Assembly: GCF_003428155.1 (NCBI RefSeq)
Contig: NZ_QLIR01000001.1
Span: forward strand, 210,001-242,000
Direction: 5' to 3'
Source: Fastidiosibacter lacustris
GTDB lineage: Bacteria; Pseudomonadota; Gammaproteobacteria; Francisellales; Francisellaceae
Length of the DNA stretch: 32,000 bases
The notes below the pieces were generated by a model. That model did not search any database, was not told the origin of the DNA, and was given only the letters and a program-made list of their open reading frames with translations. The position numbers and the translations under genes were made by a program. The stretch's first letter is position 1, and each line of letters opens with the position of its first letter. Below are positions 18,272-30,600 of this stretch, one piece after another.

Positions 18272-19621
18272 TTACGCTTTCTCTTTTTCAAGCATTTTTT
18301 CGAGAAAATGAATATTGGTTCCACCATTTTGGAAGTCACGATTAGCAAGAATTTTATGGTGAAGTGGAATATTAGTTTTGATTCCGCTGATAATCATCTC
18401 TTCTAACGCACTTTGCATGCGCTGAATGGCAATATCACGAGTGCGTGCATGAACGATTACCTTTGCAATCATCGAGTCATAGTTAGGTGGCACGAAGTAT
18501 TGTGAGTAGATATGTGAGTCGACTCGAACTCCAGGACCACCAGGGGCATGATAAATTTCAATTTTTCCAGGACAAGGTAGCATTTTCTCAGGGTCTTCAG
18601 CATTAATACGGCATTCTATTGCATGCCCTGTAATTTTAATGTCTTCTTGATTGAAGCTTAATGTTCCACCTGAGGCAATGCGAATTTGCTCTTTAATCAA
18701 ATCAATATTAGTAATAGATTCAGTGACAGGATGTTCTACCTGGATACGAGTGTTCATTTCAATGAAGTAAAACTCACCATTTTCATATAGAAACTCAAAA
18801 GTACCTGCTCCACGATATTTAAGTATTGTGCATGCTTCCACGCAGCGTTGACCAATTTTTTTGCGTTGTTCATCAGTCAAACCGAGTGCTGGTGCTTCTT
18901 CAATGACTTTTTGATGTCGGCGTTGAGTTGAACAATCACGCTCAAATAAGTGAATAGCATTACCCTGCCCATCACCAAATACTTGAATTTCAATATGTCG
19001 TGGATTTTCTAAGAACTTTTCCATATAGACCATATCGTTATTAAAAGCCATTTTGGCTTCGGCTTGTGTCATTTCGATAAATTTAAGCAAGTCTTCTTTT
19101 TTACGCACAACTCGCATACCACGACCGCCACCGCCTCCAGCTGCTTTGATCATAATGGGATAACCAATTTCATCTGCCATGGCAAGGTTTTTTTGAGGGT
19201 CTTTACTAATCGGACCATTTGAGCCTGGAACGCATGGAACTCCCGCTTTTTTCATGTTTTGAATTGCAGCAACCTTGTCTCCCATGATGCGAATGCTTTC
19301 GGCACGTGGACCTATAAAAATGAAGCCGCTTTTTTCAACAGACTCAGCAAATTCGGCATTTTCAGACAAAAAGCCATAACCTGGATGTATGGCATCAGCA
19401 CCTGATAATTCAGCTGCTGCGATGATTGCTGGAATGTTTAAATAACTTTGTGTAGGGTTTGCAGGACCAATACAGATTGTTTCATCTGCAAGTTTAACGT
19501 GCATTAAATCCCGATCAGTTGTCGAATGAACCGCAACGGTTCTAATCCCAAGCTCTCGACAAGCGCGTAAAATTCTAAGTGCAATTTCGCCGCGATTGGC
19601 GATAAGGAGTTTTTTAATCAT
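18272..19621 (-). CDS. accC: Biotin carboxylase subunit of acetyl-CoA carboxylase
   Basis: [53 protein letters not shown]. Confidence 0.98.
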   Translation of the reverse strand: MIKKLLIANRGEIALRILRACRELGIRTVAVHSTTDRDLMHVKLADETICIGPANPTQSYLNIPAIIAAAELSGADAIHPGYGFLSENAEFAESVEKSGFIFIGPRAESIRIMGDKVAAIQNMKKAGVPCVPGSNGPISKDPQKNLAMADEIGYPIMIKAAGGGGGRGMRVVRKKEDLLKFIEMTQAEAKMAFNNDMVYMEKFLENPRHIEIQVFGDGQGNAIHLFERDCSTQRRHQKVIEEAPALGLTDEQRKKIGQRCVEACTILKYRGAGTFEFLYENGEFYFIEMNTRIQVEHPVTESITNIDLIKEQIRIASGGTLSFNQEDIKITGHAIECRINAEDPEKMLPCPGKIEIYHAPGGPGVRVDSHIYSQYFVPPNYDSMIAKVIVHARTRDIAIQRMQSALEEMIISGIKTNIPLHHKILANRDFQNGGTNIHFLEKMLEKEKA

Positions 19622-19731
19622 ATGAGACCTATTTATTTCTATTTATCTTATCGATATGAAGTAATTTATAAGTTTCTTAATTTTTATTGAGCTTTAAGCT
19701 TCAAGGTTTTAATAATAAAAAATAAGTTTAC

Positions 19732-20208
19732 TTAGCCAATAACAAACAATGGTTGGTCGTATTCAACCGGTGTGCCATCACTCACGAAAATCTTAAGTAC
19801 CGTGCCAGTTATTTCCGCTTCAATTTGATTCATAATTTTCATCGCTTCAATGATACAAAGGGTATCCCCTTTTTTAACTGTTTGTCCTTCGGTGACAAAT
19901 GGCGCAGCACCTGGCGAAGGGGATTGATAGAAAGTTCCCACCATCGGTGATTTAACTTGATGTCCTTGTGGTATGCTTGGTGCTGTTTGAGTGGATTGTT
20001 TAGCCACTTTTTCTTCTAAAGTAGTTGGAGTAGTTTGCACCGTTGGAGTTTGATGAATAATTTGTGGAGACATTGTGTGCATAGCAATATGATGATGTGG
20101 CTGAATGCCAGTGATACGGATCGAAGTTTCACCCTCTTTAATTTCAATTTCGTTCACGTTTGATTTTTCAATAAGTGCGATTAGCTGTTCTATTTTTTTA
20201 ATATCCAT
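19732..20208 (-). CDS. accB: Biotin carboxyl carrier protein of acetyl-CoA carboxylase
   Basis: [26 protein letters not shown] and biotinylation motif [15 protein letters not shown]; adjacent to accC. Confidence 0.97.
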   Translation of the reverse strand: MDIKKIEQLIALIEKSNVNEIEIKEGETSIRITGIQPHHHIAMHTMSPQIIHQTPTVQTTPTTLEEKVAKQSTQTAPSIPQGHQVKSPMVGTFYQSPSPGAAPFVTEGQTVKKGDTLCIIEAMKIMNQIEAEITGTVLKIFVSDGTPVEYDQPLFVIG

Positions 20209-20352
20209 TTGTGTTAATTAACCTTTTCTTTTAATGATAATTAAACTTTTCCAGCCCAGTATTGTTACGATAAAAGCATAAAATGTCACGCGTTTGTTTT
20301 GCTTTTTAGATGAGATTATCACATACCAGGATGACCTTACTTGAGTTAACTT

Positions 20353-20799
20353 CTAAATGCAATTATGTTGACAGTAGTCGATGGCAGCAATCATGGCTAG
20401 CTCATAACCTTGAGCACCCATCCCTGATATGACACCATAAGCAATGTCTGAGAGATAAGAATGATGGCGAAAAAGTTCGCGTTTATAAAGATTTGATAAA
20501 TGTATTTCAATAAATGGGATATGAATCGCTAACAGTGCATCTCGAATAGCAACACTGGTATGTGTATAAGCAGCTGGATTGATGATGATAAAATGAACGT
20601 TACCTTGAGCTTGTTGGATTTGATCAACGATTTCACCTTCATGGTTGGATTGAAAACAAATACAATTCATTTTTTTCTCTTCTGTTAAAGAGCTAAGTTT
20701 TTGATTAATACTATTTAATGTTGCAGTGCCATATACATCCGTTTCACGTTGACCAAGTAAATTTAGGTTTGGTCCATGAATTACAAGAATTTTTGCCAT
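20353..20799 (-). CDS. aroQ: 3-dehydroquinate dehydratase, type II
   Basis: [65 protein letters not shown]. Confidence 0.96.
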   Translation of the reverse strand: MAKILVIHGPNLNLLGQRETDVYGTATLNSINQKLSSLTEEKKMNCICFQSNHEGEIVDQIQQAQGNVHFIIINPAAYTHTSVAIRDALLAIHIPFIEIHLSNLYKRELFRHHSYLSDIAYGVISGMGAQGYELAMIAAIDYCQHNCI

Positions 20800-20800
20800 T

Positions 20801-21631
20801 TTAATGATTTTCCTTAATTAAGTTCATTGCATCGACGCGATAAAACTCTTTGTTATCTATACAATAAGCACTCAACTGTCCACCCCAAACACAGCCAGTA
20901 TCAAGGTTAATACATCTGGGATTATTAGTTTTACCGTTAAGTGCTGCCCAGTGACCAAAAATCAGTATATATTCACTATCGATTTTAGGGTTAGGAAAAT
21001 TAAACCAAGCATCAAAACCATTTGGCTTTTGCATAAGCTCACCCTTAAAATTTAAATCTAAGCGACCCTCAGCATTACATAAACGCATGCGAGTAAAATA
21101 ATTTGCAATACAACGCCAGCGATTAATTCCTTCAAGCTCATTGTTCCACTGATTAGGTTCATTACCAAATAAGTTACTCATAAAGTGCTGAAAGCACATG
21201 TCGGTTTGTAGTACAAATTCAAGCTCTAGCGCTAAGTGTTTGGCTTTTTTCAACGACCAGATGGGTGGAATCCCAGCATGGGTAACAATATGTTTTTTAT
21301 GTGAGTATAAAAAACGTTGATGACGTAGCCATTTCATTAATTCGTCTTTGTCAGGAGCATTTAATATTTGCTGTAAAGTATCTTTTTTGCCTAGGGGTAA
21401 ATAACCAAAAGCTACAGCTAGAAGGTAAAGGTCATGGTTGCCAAGTATAACTTTGGCGGATTTAGCAAAAGATTTCACAAGACGCAGCACTTCTAAAGAC
21501 TTAGGACCACGATTAACTAAATCGCCAGCGAAAATCAGTTTATCTTGTTTAGGATTAAATTTAATCTTTTGCAACAGTGCACAAAGCTCATCGTAACAAC
21601 CTTGAACGTCTCCAATTAGATAACTTGGCAT
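20801..21631 (-). CDS. apaH: Symmetrical bis(5'-nucleosyl)-tetraphosphatase
   Basis: [46 protein letters not shown], and THAGIPP. Confidence 0.96.
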   Translation of the reverse strand: MPSYLIGDVQGCYDELCALLQKIKFNPKQDKLIFAGDLVNRGPKSLEVLRLVKSFAKSAKVILGNHDLYLLAVAFGYLPLGKKDTLQQILNAPDKDELMKWLRHQRFLYSHKKHIVTHAGIPPIWSLKKAKHLALELEFVLQTDMCFQHFMSNLFGNEPNQWNNELEGINRWRCIANYFTRMRLCNAEGRLDLNFKGELMQKPNGFDAWFNFPNPKIDSEYILIFGHWAALNGKTNNPRCINLDTGCVWGGQLSAYCIDNKEFYRVDAMNLIKENH

Positions 21632-22407
21632 GAGTGTGCTCCGATATAATTACTTAGCATGACAAAATCACTGACACTGAGGTTTTCAGGGCGCAGGCTC
21701 ACATCAATTGGTAAGCTTTGCATTTTTTCACGGCATACAAGAACCTTTAAAGTATTGCGTAGTGTTTTGCGGCGCATTTGAAAAGTTTGTTTTACGATTT
21801 CTGAAAACAGTTGATAATTCTTTGCAATGATGGGTGGTTTAACATAAGGAGTAAGGCGTAAAATACGTGATTCAACTTTTGGCTTTGGATGAAATGCGTG
21901 TGCAGGTACATCAAATAATCCTTCACATTTAAAATGGTACTGTAGCATGACGCTCAAGCGACCGTAGTTTTTTTCAGATGGATAGGCAACGATACGATCA
22001 ACAACTTCTTTTTGTAGCATAAAGTGCATATCTTTGAAAAATTGCGCATAATCAATCAAGTGAAAAAGGAGTGGGGAGGAGATGTTGTAAGGCAAGTTGC
22101 CAATGAGTTTGATTTTTTGTCCTTGGTAAAAATCATTAAAGTTAACGGTTAAAACATCTTGTTGGCGAATGTTTAATTTACCATAGGCTGCACACGCTGC
22201 TTTTAATGGTAATACTACATCCGTATCAAACTCTATGACTTGAATTTCTTTGGTAATAGCTAAAATATGTCTTGTTAGTGCACCAAGACCCGGACCAATT
22301 TCAATAACTTGATCCTTTTCTGTAATATGTGCTTGGTGAATAATGTTGGCAATAATCTGTTCATCCTGTAAGAAATTTTGACCCAATGATTTTTTTGCCT
22401 TGTGCAT
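21616..22407 (-). CDS. rsmA: 16S rRNA dimethyladenosine transferase
   Basis: KKSLGQNFLQDEQIIANI, VIEIGPGLGALTRHIL, LIGNLPYNISSPLLF, VVDRIVAYPSEKNYGRLSV. Confidence 0.97.
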   Translation of the reverse strand: MHKAKKSLGQNFLQDEQIIANIIHQAHITEKDQVIEIGPGLGALTRHILAITKEIQVIEFDTDVVLPLKAACAAYGKLNIRQQDVLTVNFNDFYQGQKIKLIGNLPYNISSPLLFHLIDYAQFFKDMHFMLQKEVVDRIVAYPSEKNYGRLSVMLQYHFKCEGLFDVPAHAFHPKPKVESRILRLTPYVKPPIIAKNYQLFSEIVKQTFQMRRKTLRNTLKVLVCREKMQSLPIDVSLRPENLSVSDFVMLSNYIGAHSCQVI

Positions 22408-22409
22408 GC

Positions 22410-23798
22410 TTACTCCTCAGGGAGATTTAGATTATGCTCTACGATTTCAACATAAGCACTATCGCGCAAGGACAGTATCCAAGTTTTAAGCGCTTGTTGT
22501 GCATTTTCGTTAAAAAGCGCCATCATGGCTTGTTCTTTTCGATAGGCTTCAGTGTCATCCTCTTTACGTTCACCTAAAACTTCAATAATTTGCCAGCTAT
22601 TATTGACCTTAAAAGGCTGGGATACTTTATTGACTGTGGCATTTTTGACGGCTTGTGCAAAAGCAGGTGCTTGAGTACTTAAGCTTATCCAGCCCATATC
22701 ACCGCCTTGTTCTATATTATTAGTTGCATCTGAGTTTGCTTTTGCTAGATCAGCAAAAGATTGACCATTGTCTATAGCATTTAGTATACGTATAAGCTTT
22801 GCTTTGGCCTCATTGTCATTGACAACAGGTGATAGATTGATCACGATTTGTTTGACGTGATATTTTTCGATAAAATGCTTAGCATTGTCAGGTACTCTAC
22901 TGTCAATAAGCTTTATAATTTGCACACTACCATTGGCAATAAATGGTTGACTAATTTCTCCCTTTTGAAGTGTTTCTACTTTATCTCTATAAATCACAGG
23001 TAATTCGTTTAGCGTTTTCCAGCCAAGTTCACCACCGCTGTTTGCATTCCCTGCTTGTGAATATTTTTTAGCTGCTTCACTAAAGCTCATTTTCCCTTCA
23101 ATAATAGATTGAACGATTTTGTTGGCTTGAATAATAATATGATCTTCATCTTGTGAGGTTCGATTATCAAGCGAGGACAAGACAATATTTTGCACGTCAT
23201 ATTCTGTTTGGTGGTTATTAAAATGCTTTTTGATATATTTATCTATTTCAGTTGGTGAAATGTAGAGCTTGTTTGCAATAGCTCGTTGTTGGAGTTTATT
23301 AATGATCAATTGATCTTTTACGGTTTGATAATAGTCGCTAAAGGCAAGGTGTGCATCTTTTAACTTTTGTTTTAATTGTTCCATTGTAATGCCATTTTGC
23401 ATCGTAACTTCGGCAATTGATGTGTTAACTTCATCGTCCGTTACCATAATGCCTTGCCTTTTTGCCATTTGTAAGGCAATGGTTTGGTTAATAAGCTGTT
23501 GCAGAACCTGCCTTTGTAAGTTTAATTGATCTGGGATCTGCACATTTGGGTTGCCCTCTAATTGTGCCTTCGTTTTTGCAACTTCGATGTTTAGTTGGTC
23601 AAGTGTGATTGCTTGATCATTAACAATCGCAACGATTTTGTTGATTAAATGCTTGCCTTTTATGGGGTGTTTTGTAGCTGGGTCTGTTTGTAAATTAGTT
23701 TTTTGTAATAAAGTAGGTGGTGTGTCTGCAAATGTGTACGTGCTTAAAACTAAGCTACTTGTACATAAAACTAACTTTAATGTGGAACGTAAGTGCAT
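22410..23798 (-). CDS. surA: Periplasmic peptidyl-prolyl isomerase / OMP chaperone
   Basis: Signal peptide, IVAIVNDQAITLDQLNIEV start, parvulin domains (GGELGWKTLNEL; GGDMGWISLSTQAPAFAQAV); lies downstream of lptD. Confidence 0.95.
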   Translation of the reverse strand: MHLRSTLKLVLCTSSLVLSTYTFADTPPTLLQKTNLQTDPATKHPIKGKHLINKIVAIVNDQAITLDQLNIEVAKTKAQLEGNPNVQIPDQLNLQRQVLQQLINQTIALQMAKRQGIMVTDDEVNTSIAEVTMQNGITMEQLKQKLKDAHLAFSDYYQTVKDQLIINKLQQRAIANKLYISPTEIDKYIKKHFNNHQTEYDVQNIVLSSLDNRTSQDEDHIIIQANKIVQSIIEGKMSFSEAAKKYSQAGNANSGGELGWKTLNELPVIYRDKVETLQKGEISQPFIANGSVQIIKLIDSRVPDNAKHFIEKYHVKQIVINLSPVVNDNEAKAKLIRILNAIDNGQSFADLAKANSDATNNIEQGGDMGWISLSTQAPAFAQAVKNATVNKVSQPFKVNNSWQIIEVLGERKEDDTEAYRKEQAMMALFNENAQQALKTWILSLRDSAYVEIVEHNLNLPEE

Positions 23799-23820
23799 GA
23801 AATAGATTAGCTCAAGTTAA

Positions 23821-23850
23821 TTAGTGAGGGCATTATATACTACTCACTAA
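23821..23850. promoter_or_regulatory. Inverted repeat centred on a minus-strand TATAAT, candidate surA promoter/operator
   Basis: TTAGTGAG (23821-23828) and CTCACTAA (23843-23850); TATAAT read on the minus strand at 23832-23837, 33 bp upstream of the surA start. Confidence 0.45.
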
Positions 23851-23874
23851 GGTATTGAATAGCTTTTCTAGCCT

Positions 23875-26496
23875 TTAGTTAAATCCAGCTTTTGGTGTAT
23901 AGCCTGGAATCATAGTGAGCCTTTGATCAAGTGAACTTTCGCTAGTACCACCTAGCCCTTTTAGCTCAAATTGAATAATGAAAGCATTGGTTAAAGGTCC
24001 TGTAATTTGAGAGGGATTGTTTGGATCACTAGATGAATTGACATATCTTTGTGCTAAGAAGCGAATTGCCCAACTGCAGGCATCATATTGAATGCCAGCA
24101 AACATGTTAGTCGTATGGCGTGAATTAAACGCATAACTCCACAATCCTGTGATTGACCAATGAGGATTGAGTTTCCAGATAGTGGAAAAAGTAATTTGTG
24201 ATAGTGAGTCAGGTAAACTACCTGCTTGAATTTGCTCTGGTGTGAGTGCTGCATAGTTATTTTTAATATTTTGGTAACCAATGTTAAAAATATGACTTTC
24301 GTTTGGTATATATTGTATTTGATAGGTTTGTAAGTCTATATTGTTGTTTTGTGGATTATAAGTTGCATTGGTCATGAGTTGCCAATGTGGCAGAAACCGA
24401 TAATTAAAAAATGCAGCTATATCAGAGGTGTTTGTGTTATAAAATGGGATTTTTGAGCTTGGGTTGGCACAATTAGCATTTGTACCTGAGCATAATGATA
24501 CTTCACGATTCGCAAAATAAATAATTTGTCCAATTCCAGCGCTTAAAACATTTACACCAGTTTCTTGGTGATTGACAGATGTTTCTAAAGCATATGCGAG
24601 TTGGTTAGCATTATTAATTCGGTCAATACCAGTAAAAACGTTTGTCTGAAACAATGAAGTATAAGAGAAATTATTTAAAGAAGTGTCAAACAGTGGAATG
24701 TTACTTTGGTTTTGATAGGGGATATAGGTGTAAAAGAGTCTAGGTTCTAAGGTTTGAGTGTAGTTGTGCTGATTAAAACTAAAATTATGATCAAAGTATA
24801 ATCCTGTATCAATATTAATAATCGGAAGGCTGCGAATGATGTTTTGATCAGGATATTGGTTTTGGCTAAAATTAGGCGCAGTTGCAGCATTTCTGCTTTG
24901 TAAGCTATAAGCAGTTTCAGATAGGGTTATAGATGGGATAAAAAATCCCCAGTTTTTTTGAAAAGGAAAGCTGAGTTTTGGTGCACTGTAGTAACGTTGT
25001 CCTTGAACTTGGGATACATTATTTAAACCCGGTTTATAAAAATAAGTAAATTGGTTATTCCACTCAAAGTTCATATGAGGTAATAAGCTTGGGTAACTCA
25101 CATTAACATTGATTTGCGGCATCATCCAATAAGGTCGGTTGGCAAGATATATGGTATCATCAATTACATCATAAGATTGAACGATTGCATTGATATTCCA
25201 GTTTTCATCGTTATAGTTTAGTTGTGCTTGTCTATTCAATAAAGTTTGTGTTGATAAACCCATATTGTCACTATCAAAATCATTATAAAAATCTTTATCA
25301 CCCACATATTGATAATTAAAATAGCTTGACCAATTCCTACCATACTGACCATTATCTGTAATAGAAAGCGCTTTACGATCAGTGTTAGCAATGCGATCAT
25401 GTGGCATGTATTGCATATCTAAACTACCATTGTGCGTTTGAGTTAAATAACGAAAGTTGCTACCGATTAAAACGCCTTTATGATTATAGATGGTTGGTGT
25501 TAATAACAGATCATAATTAGGTGCCGTGTTCCAGTAAAAGGGCGTAGAAAGGTAATAATCTGAGTTGCTGTTATAGCCGGCAGTAGGATATAAAAATCCG
25601 CTGCGTCGGCGATTGTCAATTGGAAAAGTCATATAAGGCCAGTATAAAATTGGTATGTCTTTGGCGTAAAATAAAGTGTTATATGCAGTCCCTAGTCCTG
25701 ATTCTCGGTCTAAATCAAGTGTTGTTGCACTGAGTATCCAATCATTGCCATAAGGGCTATCAGTGGTATAAGTAGCATTTTTTAAAGTATAATTTGTTTT
25801 GCTATTTTGAATGATCTTATCAGCATGACCGTGAGCAAAACCTGTGAAGTTATTTTCTTTTTCTATTACCTCATCAGAAGCTAAATTTGCCATTGAGCCA
25901 CTTGGTTTTTGGCGTACACGAATAAGGTAATAAGTATCATCTAAGGTTGCTGTGTTATTGGTAATATTTGCATTACCTTGAGAGCCAATGGCAAGCTGTC
26001 CAGGTTGACTTAAATTAACATTACCAGTAAGGCTGACATTACTGATTTTTTTATCTTCATTTTGTGTTAAAACGGCTTTATCTGCTGAGAGATATTGGTT
26101 TCCTTTTCTAACTTCAACCGCGCCTTCAGCAGTAATCGTACCACTTTGGGCATATTGATATTGTTGAGCGTTGATCTTTGCTTCATTAGAAGGACCTTTG
26201 ATAATCGGATATTGATAATAATAACCCCCACAAATATTATTTAGGTCCGTTGACGGTAACCAGCCTAAAGCATCAGCAATAATCTGCTTTTTTTCTTTAG
26301 GTAAGATATTTTTTTTAAATAAATCAGCATTGTTATTGTTGGTTTGGACACATTTCCAAGTATCTCCATTTGCTGTACATTGCCATGATTTTTGTAGTGG
26401 GTTTTCAATGGTGATCTTGCTGCTACCCATAGTAGGGAGCGTGCAAATTATCGCTAAGGGTAAAACCTTTTTATGTAACTTTATTGTTTTTTTCAT
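23875..26496 (-). CDS. lptD: LPS-assembly outer membrane protein
   Basis: 873 aa; signal peptide, OstA-like N-terminal domain (GTITAEGAVEVRKGNQYLSADKAVLTQ), long beta-barrel with PLLPHMNFEWNNQFTYF-type strands; upstream of surA. Confidence 0.93.
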   Translation of the reverse strand: MKKTIKLHKKVLPLAIICTLPTMGSSKITIENPLQKSWQCTANGDTWKCVQTNNNNADLFKKNILPKEKKQIIADALGWLPSTDLNNICGGYYYQYPIIKGPSNEAKINAQQYQYAQSGTITAEGAVEVRKGNQYLSADKAVLTQNEDKKISNVSLTGNVNLSQPGQLAIGSQGNANITNNTATLDDTYYLIRVRQKPSGSMANLASDEVIEKENNFTGFAHGHADKIIQNSKTNYTLKNATYTTDSPYGNDWILSATTLDLDRESGLGTAYNTLFYAKDIPILYWPYMTFPIDNRRRSGFLYPTAGYNSNSDYYLSTPFYWNTAPNYDLLLTPTIYNHKGVLIGSNFRYLTQTHNGSLDMQYMPHDRIANTDRKALSITDNGQYGRNWSSYFNYQYVGDKDFYNDFDSDNMGLSTQTLLNRQAQLNYNDENWNINAIVQSYDVIDDTIYLANRPYWMMPQINVNVSYPSLLPHMNFEWNNQFTYFYKPGLNNVSQVQGQRYYSAPKLSFPFQKNWGFFIPSITLSETAYSLQSRNAATAPNFSQNQYPDQNIIRSLPIINIDTGLYFDHNFSFNQHNYTQTLEPRLFYTYIPYQNQSNIPLFDTSLNNFSYTSLFQTNVFTGIDRINNANQLAYALETSVNHQETGVNVLSAGIGQIIYFANREVSLCSGTNANCANPSSKIPFYNTNTSDIAAFFNYRFLPHWQLMTNATYNPQNNNIDLQTYQIQYIPNESHIFNIGYQNIKNNYAALTPEQIQAGSLPDSLSQITFSTIWKLNPHWSITGLWSYAFNSRHTTNMFAGIQYDACSWAIRFLAQRYVNSSSDPNNPSQITGPLTNAFIIQFELKGLGGTSESSLDQRLTMIPGYTPKAGFN

Positions 26497-26601
26497 TGAT
26501 TAAATATTATCCTTTTGCTCATTTGTCAGGATTTCTAGGTTTCTTTGAGCCAAAACTACTGCTATTCTATCGCGTTGTTGATATATTTCTAGGAAAAAGT
26601 C

Positions 26602-27666
26602 GTGCAATCGAGATTTTTACAGATCATAGAGTGGTTAGAAGTACTTTTCCCAAAAGTGGAACCAACTTTAATTCCTATTATTGGTGACGCAAGCTTTCGC
26701 CAGTATTATCGCGTTGAGATTCAAGCTAAAAGCTATGTTGTCATGGATGCCCCTCTTGATCGAGAAAAACCAGATGCTTTTTTTCGAGTGGCACGTCTTT
26801 TAAGATATTTCAATTTGAATGCACCGCAATGTTATGCCTATCATCAAGAAGGTGGTTTTTTACTATTAGACGATTTTGGAGATATTCAGTTTTATGATGT
26901 ACTTTACAAAGTGCATTCACATTCACTGTCATTTTACCAAGATGTATTGACGCTTATTCCTAAATTCTGGCAAATCGAGAAAAGCTTGTTTCCTAACTAT
27001 GAGAAAACGAAATTCAAGAGCGAGTTAGATGTCATGAAAATTTGGTTTTGGCAGTGGCTGGCTTTGGATGAGCAAACGCTAAAGCAACTAGAACGTCCTT
27101 ATGAAAAATTACAAAAAATGTTAGTTGATTATGCCATAATACAACCAACAGTCTTTGTTTATCGTGATTTTCACAGTAAAAATATTATGTATATGGATAA
27201 AAAATTAGGTTTGATTGATTTTCAAGATGCCGTAAATGGTCCGATAACCTATGATTTGGTTTCAATATTAAAAGACTGCTACGTTAGTTTGCCACAGAGT
27301 TTTATTGATGAAGCGCTAGCGAGTTTTTATTATCAAGCAAAGCGTGATAAAAGGTTAGCAGAGGAAGTTTCTTATGCAACATTTATTAAGTGGTTTGATT
27401 GGATGGGGTTGCAGAGGCATTTGAAGTGCTTGGGCATTTTTACACGTCAAGATTTGCAGCATAAGAGGGAAAATTATCTGATTTATCTGCCGCGAGTAAT
27501 ACTTTATGTGAATGAGGTTTTAGTAAAATACCCAGAGCTTAACTTTTTTTATGAAGATTGGCAGCGTTACGTTTTACCTGTGTATTATGAAAAAGTTGTG
27601 GCACTCAGTAATAGAGTAGTAAACCCGATTAAATTTGATGATACAAATAGCATATTAACATATTAA
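26602..27666 (+). CDS. amgK: Aminoglycoside phosphotransferase-family sugar kinase (AmgK-like)
   Basis: IIGDASFRQYYRVE, VYRDFHSKNIMYMDKKLGLIDFQDAVNGPITYDLVSILKDCY; GTG start with AGGAAAAAG; divergent from lptD. Confidence 0.8.
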   Translation: MQSRFLQIIEWLEVLFPKVEPTLIPIIGDASFRQYYRVEIQAKSYVVMDAPLDREKPDAFFRVARLLRYFNLNAPQCYAYHQEGGFLLLDDFGDIQFYDVLYKVHSHSLSFYQDVLTLIPKFWQIEKSLFPNYEKTKFKSELDVMKIWFWQWLALDEQTLKQLERPYEKLQKMLVDYAIIQPTVFVYRDFHSKNIMYMDKKLGLIDFQDAVNGPITYDLVSILKDCYVSLPQSFIDEALASFYYQAKRDKRLAEEVSYATFIKWFDWMGLQRHLKCLGIFTRQDLQHKRENYLIYLPRVILYVNEVLVKYPELNFFYEDWQRYVLPVYYEKVVALSNRVVNPIKFDDTNSILTY

Positions 27667-27689
27667 GTTAAAAGGTAGAGTATATAATT

Positions 27690-30600
27690 ATGTCAGTGCG
27701 TTTTGTTCATTTAAAAGTGCACAGCGAATATTCGCTTATGGATAGCATCATTCGCATTAAGCCGATGTTGTCAGAATGCGTGCAGCGTAAGCTTCCAGCA
27801 ATTGCATTAACAGATATGTGTAACCTATTCGCTGCTGTAAAATTCTATAAAGCAGCATTAGATCAAGGCATTAAACCAATATTTGGTAGTGAGATTTATA
27901 TTCAGGTGGATGAACGGATTCATCCATTAACTCTCATCGCAAAAGACAATGCAGGGTATCAAACGATTGTTGAACTTATTTCATATGCTTATTTAAATGC
28001 TACACGTAAAGATGGCATTCCAATATTACCCAAAAATGAGCTAGCAAGCTTTAATTTCTCTCAAGTTTTTGTATTAAGCGGTGGACAAAAAGGTGAGCTA
28101 GGTTATGCACTTATGACTCAAGATTATAAAGAAGTCCTAGCTTTGCTTGATACTTATATGCAAATCTTCCCTAGAAATAATTTCTTTATTGAACTGCAAC
28201 GCTTAGGAGTTGACGGTGAAGAGCGATATATCCAAAGTGTAATTGAGTTGGCAAAAGACCAACATATTGCAGTTGTCGCAACTAATGATGTACGCTTCTT
28301 AGATGAAGAGAATTATTCTGATCATGAGATACGTGTGGGGATTTACCAGGGTTATACACTCTTGGATCAAAACCGTAAGAGCCAATATACGACTAAGCAA
28401 TATTTGCGATCTAGCGATGAGATGTGTGAGCTTTTTGCTGACATTCCACAGAGTTTATCCAATACTGTTTATATTGCTGAGAATGCAAATGTGACGTTTA
28501 AATTGGGTGGTGCGGTTTTACCACGTTTTGAAATCCCACAAAACATGACCGAGGCAGAATATTTTGCCAAAGTTTCTTATGAAGGATTAGAAGAGCGTTT
28601 TGATTTTATTTTGCACGATAAAAGTGAACAACAAAAACAAATGCTTAAAAAAAAGTATAAAGCACGTTTGCAATTAGAGGTTGATGTTATTTGTCAGATG
28701 GGTTTTCCAGGTTATTTTTTAATTGTTGCTGATTTTATTCAATGGTCCAAAGATAATGGTATCCCTGTGGGACCAGGACGAGGATCAGGTGCAGGATCGC
28801 TAGTTGCTTATGCACTTAAAATTACTGATATTGACCCTATCCCATATGGGTTGCTGTTTGAGCGTTTTTTAAACCCTGAACGTGTGTCAATGCCAGATTT
28901 TGATATTGATTTTTGTATGGATGGTCGCGATAGCGTCATTGAATATGTAGCACAAAAGTATGGAAGTGAGAGCGTGTCCCAAATTATTACTTATGGCTCA
29001 ATGGCAGCAAAAGCAGTAGTGCGTGATGTAGGACGTGTATTAGCGCAGCCTTATGGTTTTGTGGATAAAATCGCGAAGCTTATTCCAAATGATTTAGGGA
29101 TTAAGCTTAAAGATGCTTGTGCGCCAGATACGCCATTATATGAGCTATGTCAGCAAGATGAAACCGCAGATGAAATTATCAAAATTGCACTTAAACTAGA
29201 AGGGCTTACCAGAAGTGTGGGGAAGCATGCAGCAGGAGTTGTAATCTCCCCATCAAAGGTAACGGATTTTTCACCGATTTACTGTGAAGAAGGTTCAAAA
29301 CAGCTTGTAACTCAGTTTGATAAAAAAGATGTAGAAGATGTCGGACTCGTGAAGTTCGATTTTTTAGGACTTAGAAATTTAACTATTATTGATAATGCGT
29401 TAAAAATTGCTAATAAACAAAGACGTTTGCAAGGTGAAGCTGATTTAAACATCGTACTTATTCCAATGAACGATAAAAAGACGTTTCAATTATTGCAAAA
29501 TGGCGAAACAACGGGTGTGTTCCAGCTTGAATCTCGAGGAATGAAAGAGCTAATTAAGCGTCTTAAACCAGATTGTTTTGAAGATATTATTGCATTGGTT
29601 GCTTTATATCGACCCGGTCCACTTGGTTCTGGGATGGTAGATGACTTTGTTAATCGTAAGCATGGTCGCCAACGAGTAAGTTACCCACATCCAGCTTTGG
29701 AAGAGGTTTTAAAAGAGACTTATGGAACGATTTTATACCAAGAACAGGTCATGCAAATTGCGCAAATTTTGGCAAATTATTCTTTAGGTGGAGCGGATTT
29801 ATTGCGTCGAGCAATGGGTAAAAAAAATCCAGAGGAAATGGCAAAGCAGCGTGAAACTTTTGAAAAAGGGGCCTTTGAAAATGGTATTGATCGCAAGCTC
29901 GCTAGTTCCATTTTTGATTTAATGGAAGAGTTTGCTAAATATGGTTTTAACAAGTCCCATTCTGCAGCTTACGCGCTTGTATCATATCAAACGGCATATT
30001 TAAAAGCACATTATCCGCAGGCGTTTATGGCGGCAGTTTTGTCATCTGATATGGATAATACCGAAAAGGTGGTCAACTTTATTAATGAATGTCAGAAGAT
30101 GAAATTAAGTCTTGTCTTACCTCATATCAATATCAGCGATTATTACTTCACCGTAGATAATAAGGAGCAGTTGGTATATGGGCTAGGTGCGGTTAAAGGT
30201 GTTGGTTTTGCTGCCATTGACGGGATTTTAACAGAGCGTGTTAAAAATGGTGTATATAAAAATTTATATGACTTGTGTTTGAGAGTAGACTTACGTAAGG
30301 TGAATAAGCGCGTATGTGAAGCACTTATTTATGCTGGCGCAATGGATGGATTTGCGAATAATAGGCAAACGCTTATTGCAACTCTAGAAGATGCAATGAA
30401 ATCAGCTGACCAAAAAACGCAAATGCAAAGTAGTGGACAGTTGGATCTATTTGGTTTTGATGAGGTTGGGATAGAGGATCTTCAATCTAATAAAGATCTA
30501 AGTAAGGTTGAAATTCCTAATTGGACGATAAAAGATAAGCTTATCTATGAGAAATCTGTGCTTGGTATGTTTTTGTCAGGACACTTAATCGATGAAGATC

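Noticed and set aside
26484-26687. 67-aa ORF overlapping the lptD and amgK starts.
   Set aside because: Out of frame with the strongly supported amgK and covers the divergent promoter region; no recognisable motif.
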